A stretch of DNA of 63,243 bases, filler included, from Octopus bimaculoides (taxonomy: Eukaryota): NCBI RefSeq assembly GCF_001194135.2. It is 5 parts of 4 records of this genome, joined end to end, with 100 filler letters (N's around TTAATTAATTAA, not from the genome) between each part and the next. Parts side by side here need not be neighbours in the genome. Positions count along the whole stretch, not along the records: positions 1 to 28,355 come from NC_068989.1; 4 more parts are not named here. One strand, written 5' to 3'. The notes under the pieces were generated by a model. It was not told the origin of the DNA, searched no databases, and saw nothing but the letters and a program-made list of their open reading frames with translations. Below, piece after piece: positions 12,100-24,334 of this stretch; within the stretch, counting starts at the first letter, position 1, and each line of letters begins with the position of its first letter. Position numbers and translations under genes: made by a program.

Positions 12100-12640
12100 T
12101 GTTGTGGAAGGATCCTGACCAAACCCACGTGATCAAAAGCATTTCAATAAAATAAAGAAACTGTGTGAACTGTAGTTGTTGACAGCATTGATCATCCATA
12201 TTGGCTACTGTGTTAGTTTAATACATTGGAGTAGTAAGGAGTGTGTTATGTGTGAACATATTAATTCTGCGAAAGGCTATTCTAGATAACCATATCAAAA
12301 TATTTATTTGGGTAATACTATTCTTACACTCAGTCTGCACAGCTCTCACCATAACATTTTCGACAATGAGATATTCAAATCCATGCTGGACCGATTGTTG
12401 TTTCAACTTGGAAAATTTACTAGCTTCAGTAATTGAATTACAAAAACTGCAACAACGGCAGTTGTTGGATTTGCAGAAGCAACAGCAACTGTTAATACAA
12501 CTGCTACTCAACAAAACAGAAAATACATTGAGTTCATTCATCTCTAATATGTTTGTAAACTCCATTGGAGAGTTCTCATATAACCCAGATGAGGGTACTA
12601 CATTTCCTGCTTACTTTAGAAGGTATGAGGAAATTTTTAA
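12100..12640 (+). mobile_element. Ty3/Gypsy-like stub: short LTR (about 12100-12225), PBS-like TGG, N-terminal gag
   Basis: TGTTGT...AATACA with AATAAA, followed by TTGGAG; peptide NSIGEFSYNPDEGTTFPAYFRRYEEIF resembles invertebrate Gypsy gag N-termini. Confidence 0.65.
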
Positions 12641-12996
12641 TGCATTGCTACACATGTTTTCACAAATTACATGTCTCTGAAGATCACAGTCCGTATTCCT
12701 AGTATGATTACAGTGTAATCCGTAGTATCTGTAGGCATCAGGTTGATCATCTTCATGGATTCGTTTCTTTAGGTGATATAACATTAATGGATGTTTAACA
12801 GAGAGATGCTTATCCCTTTTGACCAGCGTGAAGGTTGATTGAGTTATGTGTGTATTTCTGGAGAGAAGACCACCATGTGGAATTCTTACATGCTGTAAAG
12901 GGAGGTCAAAACCCAAACAACAAAAAGAAAGATTCTTCTTTAAGGCATGTTGCTTGGAAGCAAACAGGATATCTAAATGAATAAAAGTCTCAGTTA

Positions 12997-13092
12997 ACCC
13001 TATACCCATGAGTTTCTCCAGTAATGATCAAATAAATCAATTAATTAGTCAATCAATTGATTAATTAACCATCCATGGTTCATCAGTAGAGT
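12997..13092 (-). ncRNA. Type I hammerhead ribozyme, intact core
   Basis: Stem I ACUCUA/UAGGGU; CUGAUGA; long stem II of about 25 bp; GAAA; stem III ACU-CAUG-GGU; GUA triplet. Confidence 0.8.
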
Positions 13093-13542
13093 CACTCGAA
13101 AATGCATAATTATGAGACTATAATATGTTCCGAAAAATATGAGGTAAAATACATGTGCACTTAGTTCCATCTTTATACATCAAGAATTCAAATCAAATAT
13201 CCTCAAGCACTGTGCCAAGTCAGAATAGTACAGCAGTGAATGAATTCAATAGTGTAGTACCTGGCCAGAGAATCAAAATATTTAACTTTATAGATACAGG
13301 GTAAAAAGTATTTAAAAATTATTATTTTTACCAGTGGTCAGCAAGTGTAATAAAAGTCAGAAGACAGAAATATTTCTATATAATAGAGTATAAAAACTTA
13401 TACACTGAGAGAAGACCACCATGTGGAATTCTTACATGCTGAAAAGGGCAGTGAAAACCCAAACTCCGAAAAGAAAGATTCTTCTTTAAGACACATTGCT
13501 TATAAGTGAACAGGATATCTAAATGAATAAAAGTCTCAGTTA

Positions 13543-13638
13543 ACCCTATACCCATGAATTTCTCTATTAATGATCAAATAAATCAATTAATTAGTCAATC
13601 AATTGATTAATTAACCATCCCTTGTTCATTAGTAGTGT
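13543..13638 (-). ncRNA. Type I hammerhead, decayed paralogue (core CUAAUGA)
   Basis: Same position in repeat copy 2, with G-to-A in the core and GAAAU. Confidence 0.65.
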
Positions 13639-14529
13639 TGCTGGAAAATGCATAAATATGAAACTGTATGTACTGAAAAACATGATGTAAAACACATGCA
13701 CACTTAATTCCATCCTTATACATCAAGAGTTCAAATCAAATATCCTCAAACACCGTGCCAAGTCAGAATAGTACAGCAGTTAACTGAGACTTTTATTCAT
13801 TTAGATATCCTGCTTGCTTACAAGCAACATGCCTTAAAGAAGAATCTTTCTTTATGTGGTTTAGGTTGTGACTGCCCCTTTCAGCATGTAAGAATTCCAC
13901 TTAGTGGTCTTCTCACCGTGTATAAATTTTTATACTCTATTATATAGAAATATTTATGTCTTCTGGCTTTTATTACACATGCTGACCACTGGTAAAAATT
14001 ATTATTTTTTAAATAATATTTACCCTGTATTTACACACACACACACTTTCATTTTATTCTTTCTATTTAGTCCATTTTTTTATGCTTACCCTTTCTGATA
14101 CAAGCCCTTATTTCCTTTCCCAAATGAAGGATAACATATTTTGCTGATATCATTGATCTAAAAAATGTAAACAAGCATGTGTGCACACACACACATTCAC
14201 ACACACATATACATTTATGTGTGTGTGTGTGTATAATTAAAAAGTAATGTAATAATACATTACGGAGGATATATCATAAACAATTAATAATTATTTATGA
14301 ATATACCAATGGTCAAACATGTTATCATAAAATACATAGAACAAGAGTGTTTATAATTATGAACAAGTCACAATTATAACTAAGAGGGTTTTAAAAACCT
14401 TTACATGTTTAGAAATAGCAGTCAAAAACCACTATAAAGTCACTATTATCACTCATATTATATCTCCTCACAATAAATGCTGTCTGTGGGCAACATGACA
14501 TAAAATCCACAACTTAAAAGTAAAAGGTC

Positions 14530-14595
14530 TATACTCTATTGCAGTTTCGATGTTGGGAACCTATTAAGGGTCCCATTCGTCTCTTCAGGAGAATA
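14530..14595 (-). ncRNA. Type I hammerhead, lightly decayed
   Basis: UAUUCUC-CUGAAGA-GACG AA UGGGA CC..GG U UCCCA A CAUC-GAAAC UGCA AUA-GAGUAUA. Confidence 0.72.
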
Positions 14596-15003
14596 TTCCT
14601 ATAGACAGAAATTGATACAAGACCGGCAAGACTTCCTTTTGTACTCCGCCATCCCCCTTTTTAATTTTTTTTTCTACTCAAACCCCCGTTTTCAGCTACG
14701 GAGAATATAAATCTGCAAAAAAATTGGCAAAATTTGGCATTTTCAAATTACCCACACCCACCCTTTCCCTTCCCTAATTTCTTCATTTTTTTAAAAACTT
14801 TTTTTCAGAATTTTTTTTTTCAAAATATGTGGGAAAATACAGCGATTTGTCTTGGCCTGTTTACATTCAAGTACTAGAATGTATACTGAGAGATTGTCTT
14901 GGCCCGTTTACCTTCAGACAGTTGATTTCTGTAGTTAGTATCAGTGTATTTTGGTGATTTAAATGAGAGTTTTGACTGTTATTTTCAGCAAGTAGACATA
15001 CAT

Positions 15004-15354
15004 AGGCGCAGGAGTAGCTGTGTAGTAAGTAGCTTGCTTACCAACCACATGGTTCTGGGTTCAGTCCCACTGCGTGGCATCTTGGGCAAGTGTCTTCTAC
15101 TATAGCCTCGGGCCGACCAAAGCCTTGTGAGTGGATTTGGTAGACGGAAACTGAAAGAAGACTGTCGTATATATGTATATATATATGTATATATATATGT
15201 ATGTGTGTGTGTGTTTGTGTGTCTGTGTTTGTCCTCCTAGCATTGCTTGACAACCGATGCTGGTGTGCTTATGTCCCCGTCACTTAGCGGTTCGGCAAAA
15301 GAGACCGATAGAATAAGTACTAGGCTTACAAAGAATAAGTCCTGGGGTCGATTT
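15004..15354 (+). mobile_element. tRNA-derived SINE family A with internal (TA)n(TG)n, 3' end in a gap
   Basis: Head GGCGCAGGAGTAGCTGTGTAGT...GGGTTCAGTCCC; CORE-like TTGGGCAAGTGTCTT. Confidence 0.9.
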
Positions 15355-16373
15355 NNNNNNNNNNNNNNNNNNNNNNNNNNNNNNNNNNNNNNNNNNNNNN
15401 NNNNNNNNNNNNNNNNNNNNNNNNNNNNNNNNNNNNNNNNNNNNNNNNNNNNNNNNNNNNNNNNNNNNNNNNNNNNNNNNNNNNNNNNNNNNNNNNNNNN
15501 NNNNNNNNNNNNNNNNNNNNNNNNNNNNNNNNNNNNNNNNNNNNNNNNNNNNNNNNNNNNNNNNNNNNNNNNNNNNNNNNNNNNNNNNNNNNNNNNNNNN
15601 NNNNNNNNNNNNNNNNNNNNNNNNNNNNNNNNNNNNNNNNNNNNNNNNNNNNNNNNNNNNNNNNNNNNNNNNNNNNNNNNNNNNNNNNNNNNNNNNNNNN
15701 NNNNNNNNNNNNNNNNNNNNNNNNNNNNNNNNNNNNNNNNNNNNNNNNNNNNNNNNNNNNNNNNNNNNNNNNNNNNNNNNNNNNNNNNNNNNNNNNNNNN
15801 NNNNNNNNNNNNNNNNNNNNNNNNNNNNNNNNNNNNNNNNNNNNNNNNNNNNNNNNNNNNNNNNNNNNNNNNNNNNNNNNNNNNNNNNNNNNNNNNNNNN
15901 NNNNNNNNNNNNNNNNNNNNNNNNNNNNNNNNNNNNNNNNNNNNNNNNNNNNNNNNNNNNNNNNNNNNNNNNNNNNNNNNNNNNNNNNNNNNNNNNNNNN
16001 NNNNNNNNNNNNNNNNNNNNNNNNNNNNNNNNNNNNNNNNNNNNNNNNNNNNNNNNNNNNNNNNNNNNNNNNNNNNNNNNNNNNNNNNNNNNNNNNNNNN
16101 NNNNNNNNNNNNNNNNNNNNNNNNNNNNNNNNNNNNNNNNNNNNNNNNNNNNNNNNNNNNNNNNNNNNNNNNNNNNNNNNNNNNNNNNNNNNNNNNNNNN
16201 NNNNNNNNNNNNNNNNNNNNNNNNNNNNNNNNNNNNNNNNNNNNNNNNNNNNNNNNNNNNNNNNNNNNNNNNNNNNNNNNNNNNNNNNAAATTTATAATC
16301 CATAAAATCTATAAAATATTAGATTAAAAATTTAATTCAGTTTAGTAAATTTATAAAAACGAAAGTGAATAAT

Positions 16374-16479
16374 AGACTACACGCGTTTCGTGGCCACATA
16401 AAAGTGGAAAGGATCTGGGCAATTTACAATAAATCGATCAAGATAAGTTCCACTCAGAATGAGGACACTCTTCAGGTCT
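16374..16479 (-). ncRNA. Type I hammerhead with long stem II (PLE pLTR type)
   Basis: AGAC-CUGAAGA-GUGUCC...GGCCAC-GAAAC GCGU GUA-GUCU. Confidence 0.8.
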
Positions 16480-16992
16480 TATAAATTCAAAAAAACGTAT
16501 CCTAATATTTAAAAATGCAATAAAATAAAATAGGAAAAAGTAGAAATAACTGTACATTTAAGCAATTATTAGTACAATACATAAAATGTCAAGGTTTTAT
16601 AATAATAATCATTTGTCAAGTTAAAGGCATAGTTTGTTTAATGAAGAAATACTTTCTGTAGATTAAGAATAGGAAAACATATAAAGAGATAGTGTTATTA
16701 ACTATTAAATGAATTCGGACGTTCAACAATATTAATGAAAAGAACAACATCACTTATCTTATCGAAGAGTCTTTGTTGACTGTAGTATTATCCATGAAGC
16801 ATAGAATTTATACGATGTGTATCACGTGACAAAGTGGCTTTTATTCGTGACCACAAATATTAAACTTTCCATGTAGAATCAAAATATGTAAAACACGTAA
16901 CAATATGGCGTTATAAGGAGAAGAGGGAAGAAAAACTTATTAAATGAACAAAGTGATGAAGTATGTATATAGACGGGGAACCAAACAATAGT

Positions 16993-17070
16993 ATGAGATC
17001 ATTGTCACTCGTTTTTGAAGTAGCCTGCAGAAAAATATAAAAGTGATCTTTCTGTTCATTTGGTAGGCCC
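16993..17070 (-). mobile_element. Inverted 78-bp RTE endonuclease fragment
   Basis: Reverse complement is nearly identical to 17573-17653. Confidence 0.85.
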
Positions 17071-17109
17071 AATATATATATACATACATACATACATACA
17101 TACATACAT

Positions 17110-17149
<40 letters not shown>

Positions 17150-19990
17150 GATGCCTGTTACCAAACGTTCACGAGTACCTTCTTTTCAGGTACTGAATAA
17201 CATCTCTTCTTCCTGTGTTACCTCTCATATCTCTTTCCCAGTTTTCAAAGTTGGCGCTCTAAATGTAGGCACATTGCAATGTAGGTCCAGCGAGATTGTT
17301 GAGATGCTTGAACAGAGACGTGTTAATGTATGTTGCGTACAAGAGGTAAGATAGAGAGGTGTTTCAGCCACAGTCCTCACAGGCAAAGCACATAGATATA
17401 AACTCTTCTAGGAAGGTAATAGTGATGGAATAGGGGGTGTGGGTATATTTCTTGCAGAGAAATGGGTGGATAAATTCATAGAGGTAATTAGGATGTGCGA
17501 TAGAGTACTTAAACTCAGGCTAGTTTTTCAAAATGGTATAGCTACAATTATCTCTGCCTATTCCAAACAAGCGGGCCTACCAAATGAACAGAAAGATCAC
17601 TTTTATGATATTCTTCTGCGGGCTACCTCAAAAACGAGTGACAATGATCTCATCTTTGCGGCTGGAGATTTTAATGGGCATGTTAGACAGCAATCTGGTA
17701 TCTTCCATGGTGTACATGGGGGCCATGGATTTGGTACCAGAAATAAAGAGGGAAGTAGGCTCCTGGAATTCTGCGATGCAAATAACCTACTGATCTGAAA
17801 CGCCAACATCAGGAAGCCAGCTAACCACCTGATAATCTATCAATCAGGTGACTCTGCTATCCAGATCGATTTCATTCTCACCAGACAGCGTGATGCATAG
17901 TTACTCTTAAATACAAAGACCCTACCTGGTGAAGAATGTACCTCCCAACATAAACTAGTTATTAGTGACTTCATACTCCAGGCCAGAAGGATGCCAAAAA
18001 CCAAACCAACATGGAAAAGAAGGACTTGGAAGCTTAGGAACCCTTCACATGGTCAGAGATTTAGGGATATCATTACCGAGAAATTTGATGATAGGGAGGA
18101 GCAACAGTCCTGTGACAGCTGGGAATTCCTGTGAGACAGCTTGCTGAGTTCTAGGGTAACATGGTGGTGCAACAATACTGTAGACAGAGCCATTAGAGCA
18201 AAGAAACGGGCTTGGAATGCCTGGAAAAGTGGGGGTAGCAGGAGAATGTATCAGATAGCCAAAAGGGAAGCTAAGGGACAGGTATATAGAGTTAAGGGAG
18301 TAGCAGAAAAGAAGTTTGCCAATGTTCAGCAACATGAACAAAGAACTGAAGTATTTCAGATCGCAAGACTGTGTGAGAGAAAACTGTGATGTCATAGGAG
18401 AGAAATGTATCTGCACGGATGATAGTGCCCTTGCGTTTAATGATTCTGCAAAGGAAGAGGCTTGGAGAAGCCATTATGAAAGTCTGTTGAATGTGGAGAA
18501 TCACCACTGGCATGCTTAAAATATCGGGCAGTATTGGTTATGTAGCAGCACCATAGTCAACTGCTACAAAGGGAAAGGGTGATGCTTTAGATAGAAATAA
18601 CTACAGGAGTATCAAATTATTGGATCAGGTGATGAAAGCTACAGAGAGGGTCATAGCCCAACTAATTAGGGAGAGAGTTAATCTAGATGAGATGCAGTTT
18701 GGTTTTGTGTCAGGCAGAAGCACCACTGCTGCTATATTTCTGGTAAGGCAACCGCAAGAGAAATACCTAGCCAAAGATAAACCTCTGTACCTAGCTTTCA
18801 TTGACATGGAGAAAGCCTTTGACAGGGTTCCTCAATCCCTTATCTGGTAGTCAATTAGCAAATTAGGGATAGATGAATGGTTAGTGAGAGCCGTACAAGC
18901 CCTGTACAGGGACGTTGTCAGTAAGGTGAGGGTTGGCAACGAGTATAGTGAAAAATTCTGAGTAGAAGTAGGGGTTCACCAAGGATCAGTCCTCAGCCCC
19001 ATCTCATTCATTATAGTCCACCAGGAAATAACAGGCTGCCCCAGGGAGGTCCTCTATGCTCCTTGCTCTAATAGCCGTGTCACTGCCAGAACTGAAGACG
19101 AAGTTTAGGGTGTGGAAGGAAGGTCTAGAATTGAAGGCCTTAAGGTTAACCTAGCCAAAACCAAAGTCTTAGTAAAGTAGGAAGGCTGTCAAATCACAAC
19201 CCCCTTCAGGTAGATGGCCCTACTTGATCTGTAGAAAAGGCATGGGTAGAAATTCCTTACGATGTGCTCGGTGTAAGCTATGGAGATTTAAAAGGTGCAG
19301 CAGTATCAAAGGAAGGTTAACTGGGAAGATAGTTTTTGTGTGTGGCAGATGCACTGGTGCAATAAACACTGAAGATGTACAGAAAACAGATTCCCTCACA
19401 TGCCAGGGGGAGAAACTAGAAGTAATTACTAGTTTCTGCTACCTAGGTGACCAAGTCTGTAGTGGGGGTGGTTGCTCTGAAAGTGTAGCACTGGAGTAAC
19501 AATAGCCTGGGCAAAGTTCAGGGAGCTCCTACCTCTGCTAGCAACTAAGGGCCTCTCGCTCAGGGTGAAAGGTAGACTGTATGATGCATGTGTGTGAACT
19601 GGCTCCTATGCCGGTGGCATGTAAAAAGCACCATCTAAATGTGATCAACGCCAGGTCCGCCTGATTGGCTCTCGTGCTGGTGGCATGTAAAAAACACCAA
19701 CCGATCGTGGCCGATGCCAGTACCTCCTGACTAACTCACGCCGGCAGCACGTAAAAGGCACCATCCAAACGTGATTGATGCCAGGCCCGCCTGACTGGCT
19801 CCTGTGCTGGTGGCATGTAAAAAACACTCACTACACTCTTGGAGTGGTTGGCGTTAGGAAGGGCATCCAGCTGTAGAAACATTGTCAGATAAGATTGGAG
19901 CCTGGTGCAGCCACTGGCTCTCCAGCCCTCAGTCAAACCGTCCAACCCATGGCAGCATGGAAAATGGATGTTAAACGATGATGATGATGA
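17150..19990 (+). mobile_element. Near full-length decayed RTE-clade LINE (APE endonuclease + RT + 3' UTR + (GAT)n tail)
   Basis: VGALNVGTL..CCVQEVR, AAGDFNGH, DEMQFGFVSGRSTT, AFIDMEKAFDRVP, GVHQGSVLSP, FCYLGD; many stops, frameshifts and internal deletions. Confidence 0.95.
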
Positions 19991-20039
19991 TCTATGTGAA
20001 TGTATATACATGCATCTATTGTATCACTATGTAAACATA

Positions 20040-20384
20040 TGTCATCGTATGGCAATTTATATTTGTGTATATATATCTGGGTGAGAGTGCATCTATATGT
20101 ATATATGTATGTAGATATATATGCATGTGTATATGTGTACTTTTTTTAAATATAAGTATGCGTGTATATATATGTATGTATATATATGTACGTATGTATG
20201 TCTGTACATATATGTGTGTATCTATGTGTATATATATGTGTATGGGTATATATGTATATGGGTATATATATGTATTTGTGTATATGTGTATAAATATGTG
20301 TACGTATGTGTATGTATATATATATATGTGTGTGTGTATATATGTATGTATATGTGTGTGTATATGCGTATGTATGTATGTATG

Positions 20385-20421
<37 letters not shown>
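20040..20421. repeat. Compound (TA)/(TG)/(TATG) microsatellite
   Basis: Directly visible. Confidence 0.9.
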
Positions 20422-20504
20422 NNNNNNNNNNNNNNNNNNNNNNNNNNNNNNNNNNNNNNNNNNNNNNNNNNNNNNNNNNNNNNNNNNNNNNNNNNNNNNN
20501 NNNT

Positions 20505-20610
20505 AAAATGTCATTCAAAACATCTAGAAAAATAAATATACCACAGAGTGTAAGCACCCTGAGAGAAAAGTTGGGCATAAGAAGCATCAGACGTGGTCTG
20601 CAAGAGAAGA
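20505..20610. mobile_element. Chimeric junction: 40 bp of a pLTR family (minus) joined to an RTE C-terminal fragment (plus)
   Basis: 20505-20544 is the reverse complement of 23730-23769 (39/40); then CAGAGTGTAAGCACCCTGAGAGAAAAGTTGG matches the RTE at 770-830. Confidence 0.7.
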
Positions 20611-20859
20611 GATTTTAAATATAATTGAAGTATTCATTAGAGATAATAAATAATATAACATTTTTTCTTGTAATAATTTTAATAAATTTAAGCTGAATAA
20701 GTTTTGCAAAAACAAATCTCATAATTATTCCAATAATAATAATAATATAGACCAGAATATAACTAATTGTACATGTAGAGATAAAACTAAATGTAAATTT
20801 AATAATAAATGTAATTTGGAGGATGTAGTATATAAATGTGTAGTGACTTTGATCGATGA

Positions 20860-21130
20860 TAATAATAGGAATGGTTATAATTTAAATACTATTTACATAG
20901 GGCCGACTTCAAATAAAATTAAATTATGGGTGGCTCAACACATGAATTCTTTTAAGAATAGAAGTTTAATTAATTCTACTGGCCTTAGTTAATATATACA
21001 GGAACTAAAATCTAAAAATATTAAGTACAATTTAAATTGGGAGATAGTTTGTAAGGCAAAATCTTATCGAATAGGTAGTAATTTTTGTTTATGATGTACT
21101 AATGAACTTATATAATTAATTTAGAGACGA
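20860..21130 (+). mobile_element. Penelope-like element, GIY-YIG endonuclease C-terminal fragment
   Basis: YIGPTSNKIKLWVAQHMNSFKNRSLINSTGLS*YIQELKSKNIKYNLNWEIVCKAKSY. Confidence 0.8.
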
Positions 21131-21414
21131 ACTACCGTTCCACAACTCAGTCAATGAAGAACCCGTCCAAAACCATGCTGTGAGGCATATACCATCCAAA
21201 ATACTAATCTAAAATTTTTAAAGTATATAATATTGAACAGTAAGATTATTACAATCATATAATATATAAGAGCAAATACTTTTAAAATCACAGCGAATAC
21301 CATACAAAGAAACATTCATCATAAAAATATTAATCTAAAAATCAAATAAAGTATAAATTGAACAATAAAGATTAATACAATAATATAATGTATAAAAGTA
21401 AGTACTTGTACATC

Positions 21415-21531
21415 GACTACGCATGTTTCATGGCTGAATTAGGACTAAATAAAATCATATAAGAAAACCATATCCAAGTTCATTAGAACGGAAAAATGAT
21501 TTTACTCCCAAAAGCAGTCACTCCTCAGGTC
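21415..21531 (-). ncRNA. Type I hammerhead, decayed, long stem II
   Basis: GAC-CUGAGGA-GUGACUG...CAGCCAU-GAAAC AUGC GUA-GUC; stem III is ACGCGCGU with two CpG transitions. Confidence 0.72.
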
Positions 21532-22400
21532 AAATTCCTAAAAAAAACCTAAAACTTAAAAGTTTAACTTACCTCATAATATGATAAGGAATAAAAATAA
21601 GTAATTCCTAAGTTAAAAACATTAATATTATTATTAAAAGTTACAAGCTAAAAATATTCAAATCGAGTATTATTGTGAACAAGATTAATTCATTATGGAA
21701 AAGGTAAATAAATGTAAATACGTGTTAGTGTATAAAGTTAATAAAGGACGTATGCTGATATTGTTTAGAATAAATTTAAAAGACATGACTTATCTGCCGG
21801 CGAATTACTGTAAATAAAACCGAAATAAGTGTACTTTAGCATTTATACTGAAAAGTCACGTGATAAATATGGCGTCCATTACCCAGAGATAAATACGTAT
21901 TATATTTACTATAATAATAACGAAATTATCGAAAAAGAAGGTCTACCTAAAGTATATTGTTTATTGAAGATTTAAAATACTTAAAACCTTTCGATCTACA
22001 AAAATCAATAACTATAACACATACGAAATTCATGTATTACGTAAATAATGCTATAAAACATTGTAAAAGAATGCCCATATTATCGTTGAATTCTTTATTA
22101 GTAAAAAGGTAGTTATTTATTCTAATTTTATACAATTATGTGTACTCTAAAGCTAATCATATGTATTTAACGCTACTAATTATAGCTATAAATTGGTAAC
22201 TTTTCATGGGTTTAAATAAATTAATACATTATCTAATTTCGTATGTGTATTTGGTGTGCAAGATTCTTGATGTGAATACGCGTGTTGAAAGAAATACTAT
22301 TAAACCTTGGGAGAGGCATTATGCCGGTAATAAACACACGCACTGGTTCGGTCCTTTATTTATTTATAAACAGTATTTAGTTTTTTTTTGTTTTTTCTTT

Positions 22401-22441
22401 GTTAAATCATTTCATTGCACTCTTGCAATCTCTTCAGTAAC
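22401..22441 (-). ncRNA. Degenerate minimal hammerhead downstream of a PLE endonuclease
   Basis: GUUA-CUGAAGA-G AUUGCA agag UGCAAU-GAAA UGAUU-UAAC; stem III damaged. Confidence 0.5.
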
Positions 22442-22696
22442 CCGTCTCTCCACTTCCATTTATTTGAAAGTATGATTTAGCGTCGTTTTGAAATTGTCCG
22501 GTATGAGCATGTGAGTGTGTGCACGCTTGTATGTGTGCGTGCTTATATGTAAGCATGTGCGTCCATATGTGTGTTTGTTAAATTTCATTCATATCAGATA
22601 AGATAGAGACTTTGGACTTGGTTTTGGTTTTCTCTCTGTTATTTTCTGTTATCTTCGTAAATGCATCCTTTCATTTTCACGTTCACGTTCCGTATT

Positions 22697-23350
22697 TTAT
22701 GTGTGAACAACATCTGCAACCATGGGTAATTGTAAGGCTTTTATGTCCGTGTAATTGCTATTCAAAATTGGTCGTGTTTCAGTTATGAAGACCAACTCAT
22801 GTATTTGCCGCAACGATGCATCATCGGGGTGTCTAGACAGGATTTCTATGCTAATCCGGTCCAGTACACCACCATGATGTTCTTTGGCATGCTGGTAGAG
22901 CACCGAGGTTTGTTTGNNNNNNNNNNCAGTACACCACCATGATGTTCTTTGGCATGCTGGTAGAGCACCGAGGTTTGTTTGTGATTCTTGTAGTCCCTCC
23001 AATGTTCATTTACACGCTCAGTCAAACTTCTTGCCGTTACACTTATGTATGCCGTGTTTCCGTTTTTACAATCATCATCCATACAGCCTATTCTGTAAAC
23101 AATATTTCTGGTTTTGCAGTTGATACCAGGACTATATTTGCACACAATGCAATTCTCTTCTATACATCTTGTCCTTCTGAAGGGGTATGTTTTGCATATT
23201 ATCGACCTAATGGATCTCCCTGGTTTTTCTATGACATTTATCTTCAACTTAGTACTTTTGAGGATTTTTCTAAATCTGCGGGCCAGTTATGTATTTTAGT
23301 TTTAAATTATTTAGACTTTATAATTTTCCAGCAAATGATATACTACAGTT
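22697..23350 (-). mobile_element. Penelope-like element: Cys-rich linker + GIY-YIG endonuclease
   Basis: IEKPGRSIRSIICKTYPF..CIEENCIVC..CKTRNIVYRIGC..C..AYISVTARSLTERVNEH..LRQIHE. Confidence 0.88.
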
Positions 23351-23599
23351 AATTTTTTCTTATTCTCACAGCTAAAATACATTTCGTCATTTTAACAGTT
23401 TAAATACATATTCTATCTATTTATTCTATAATTTTTATATTTACACCATACTTTCACGCGCTATATTTCTTATAANNNNNNNNNNGATTATTAATTGTGA
23501 AAACACGTATTATTCTATATTTATTTGATATTTTATTATAAGTTTAGATACGTACATTGATTTTATTATTATTATTTTTATCATTCTTATGATTATTTT

Positions 23600-23669
23600 A
23601 GACCTGAAGAGTGACTATATTTTTAGATCGAATTTATTTTAAAATATAGTCACGAAACGCGCGTAGTCT
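23600..23669 (+). ncRNA. Pristine type I hammerhead ribozyme with palindromic stem III
   Basis: AGAC-CUGAAGA-13-bp perfect stem II (GUGACUAUAUUUU/AAAAUAUAGUCAC)-GAAA-CGCGC-GUA-GUCU; predicted cleavage after 23665. Confidence 0.9.
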
Positions 23670-23989
23670 TTTAATGTTATTTGCTATTTATTCATTGTGT
23701 AATTTATTGACTTTTGGAATAGGGTATTTGTGGTATATTTGTTTTTCTAGATGTTTTGAATGACATTTTTCATTGTTGAATTTGTTAATAGTTGGTTTTT
23801 CTATAAATTATATATGTATATATATGTATATGTATGATAACAAAAAATAGTTTCATTTGACTAACTAAATAAATCTAATAACCAAAATAATAGTTATTAT
23901 AGTATTGCATAGTTTATAAATTGTATTCTTATTACAACAATGATGTTTGTTGTATTGATAAAGTTTGCATATGCACCATATGTGGTCCC

Positions 23990-24150
23990 TCATTTTGTAA
24001 ATAATAATATAGATCAATTCATCATGAAATGTGCTTCTTGCTTCTTTGGTTTGCATTGATGATTGCTGTTGATTCACTAAATTCTTCCTGTCATGGTGTG
24101 CGAATAACAATCACTACTTAAGTAACTTCAAATCTGGTTACCTCTAAAAA
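23990..24150 (-). mobile_element. Possible PLE C-terminal fragment
   Basis: SESTAIINANQRS resembles the LSE..AI...LLNKR terminus seen at 25150. Confidence 0.4.
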
Positions 24151-24194
24151 ATTAGTAAATTTCATTTCCATTGCTGTAGCCTAATAATAATAAT

Positions 24195-24233
<39 letters not shown>

Positions 24234-24334
24234 TTGAAGAAAATGGATATAATAACAATGGGAAACTCGTGGTTTTTGCTGGTACGTCTTTAATTAAATA
24301 GATAACAAAGAAGGAAGAAGGAGAGATGAGGGTA

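Larger units (their letters stand above)
12861..14030. repeat. 546-bp tandem direct repeat plus partial inverted third copy (PLE pseudo-LTR-like)
   Basis: 12861-13237 matches 13407-13780; 13779-14030 is the reverse complement of about 13294-13542. Confidence 0.9.

Noticed and set aside
15247-16305. Long ORFs made of X (also 9198, 32055, 44554, 48453, 58776, 61576)
   Set aside because: Read-through of N gaps, not genes
19370-19395. CTGAAGA...GAAA inside LINE coding sequence (also 187, 4773, 8747, 53352, 55787)
   Set aside because: No paired stems; chance matches
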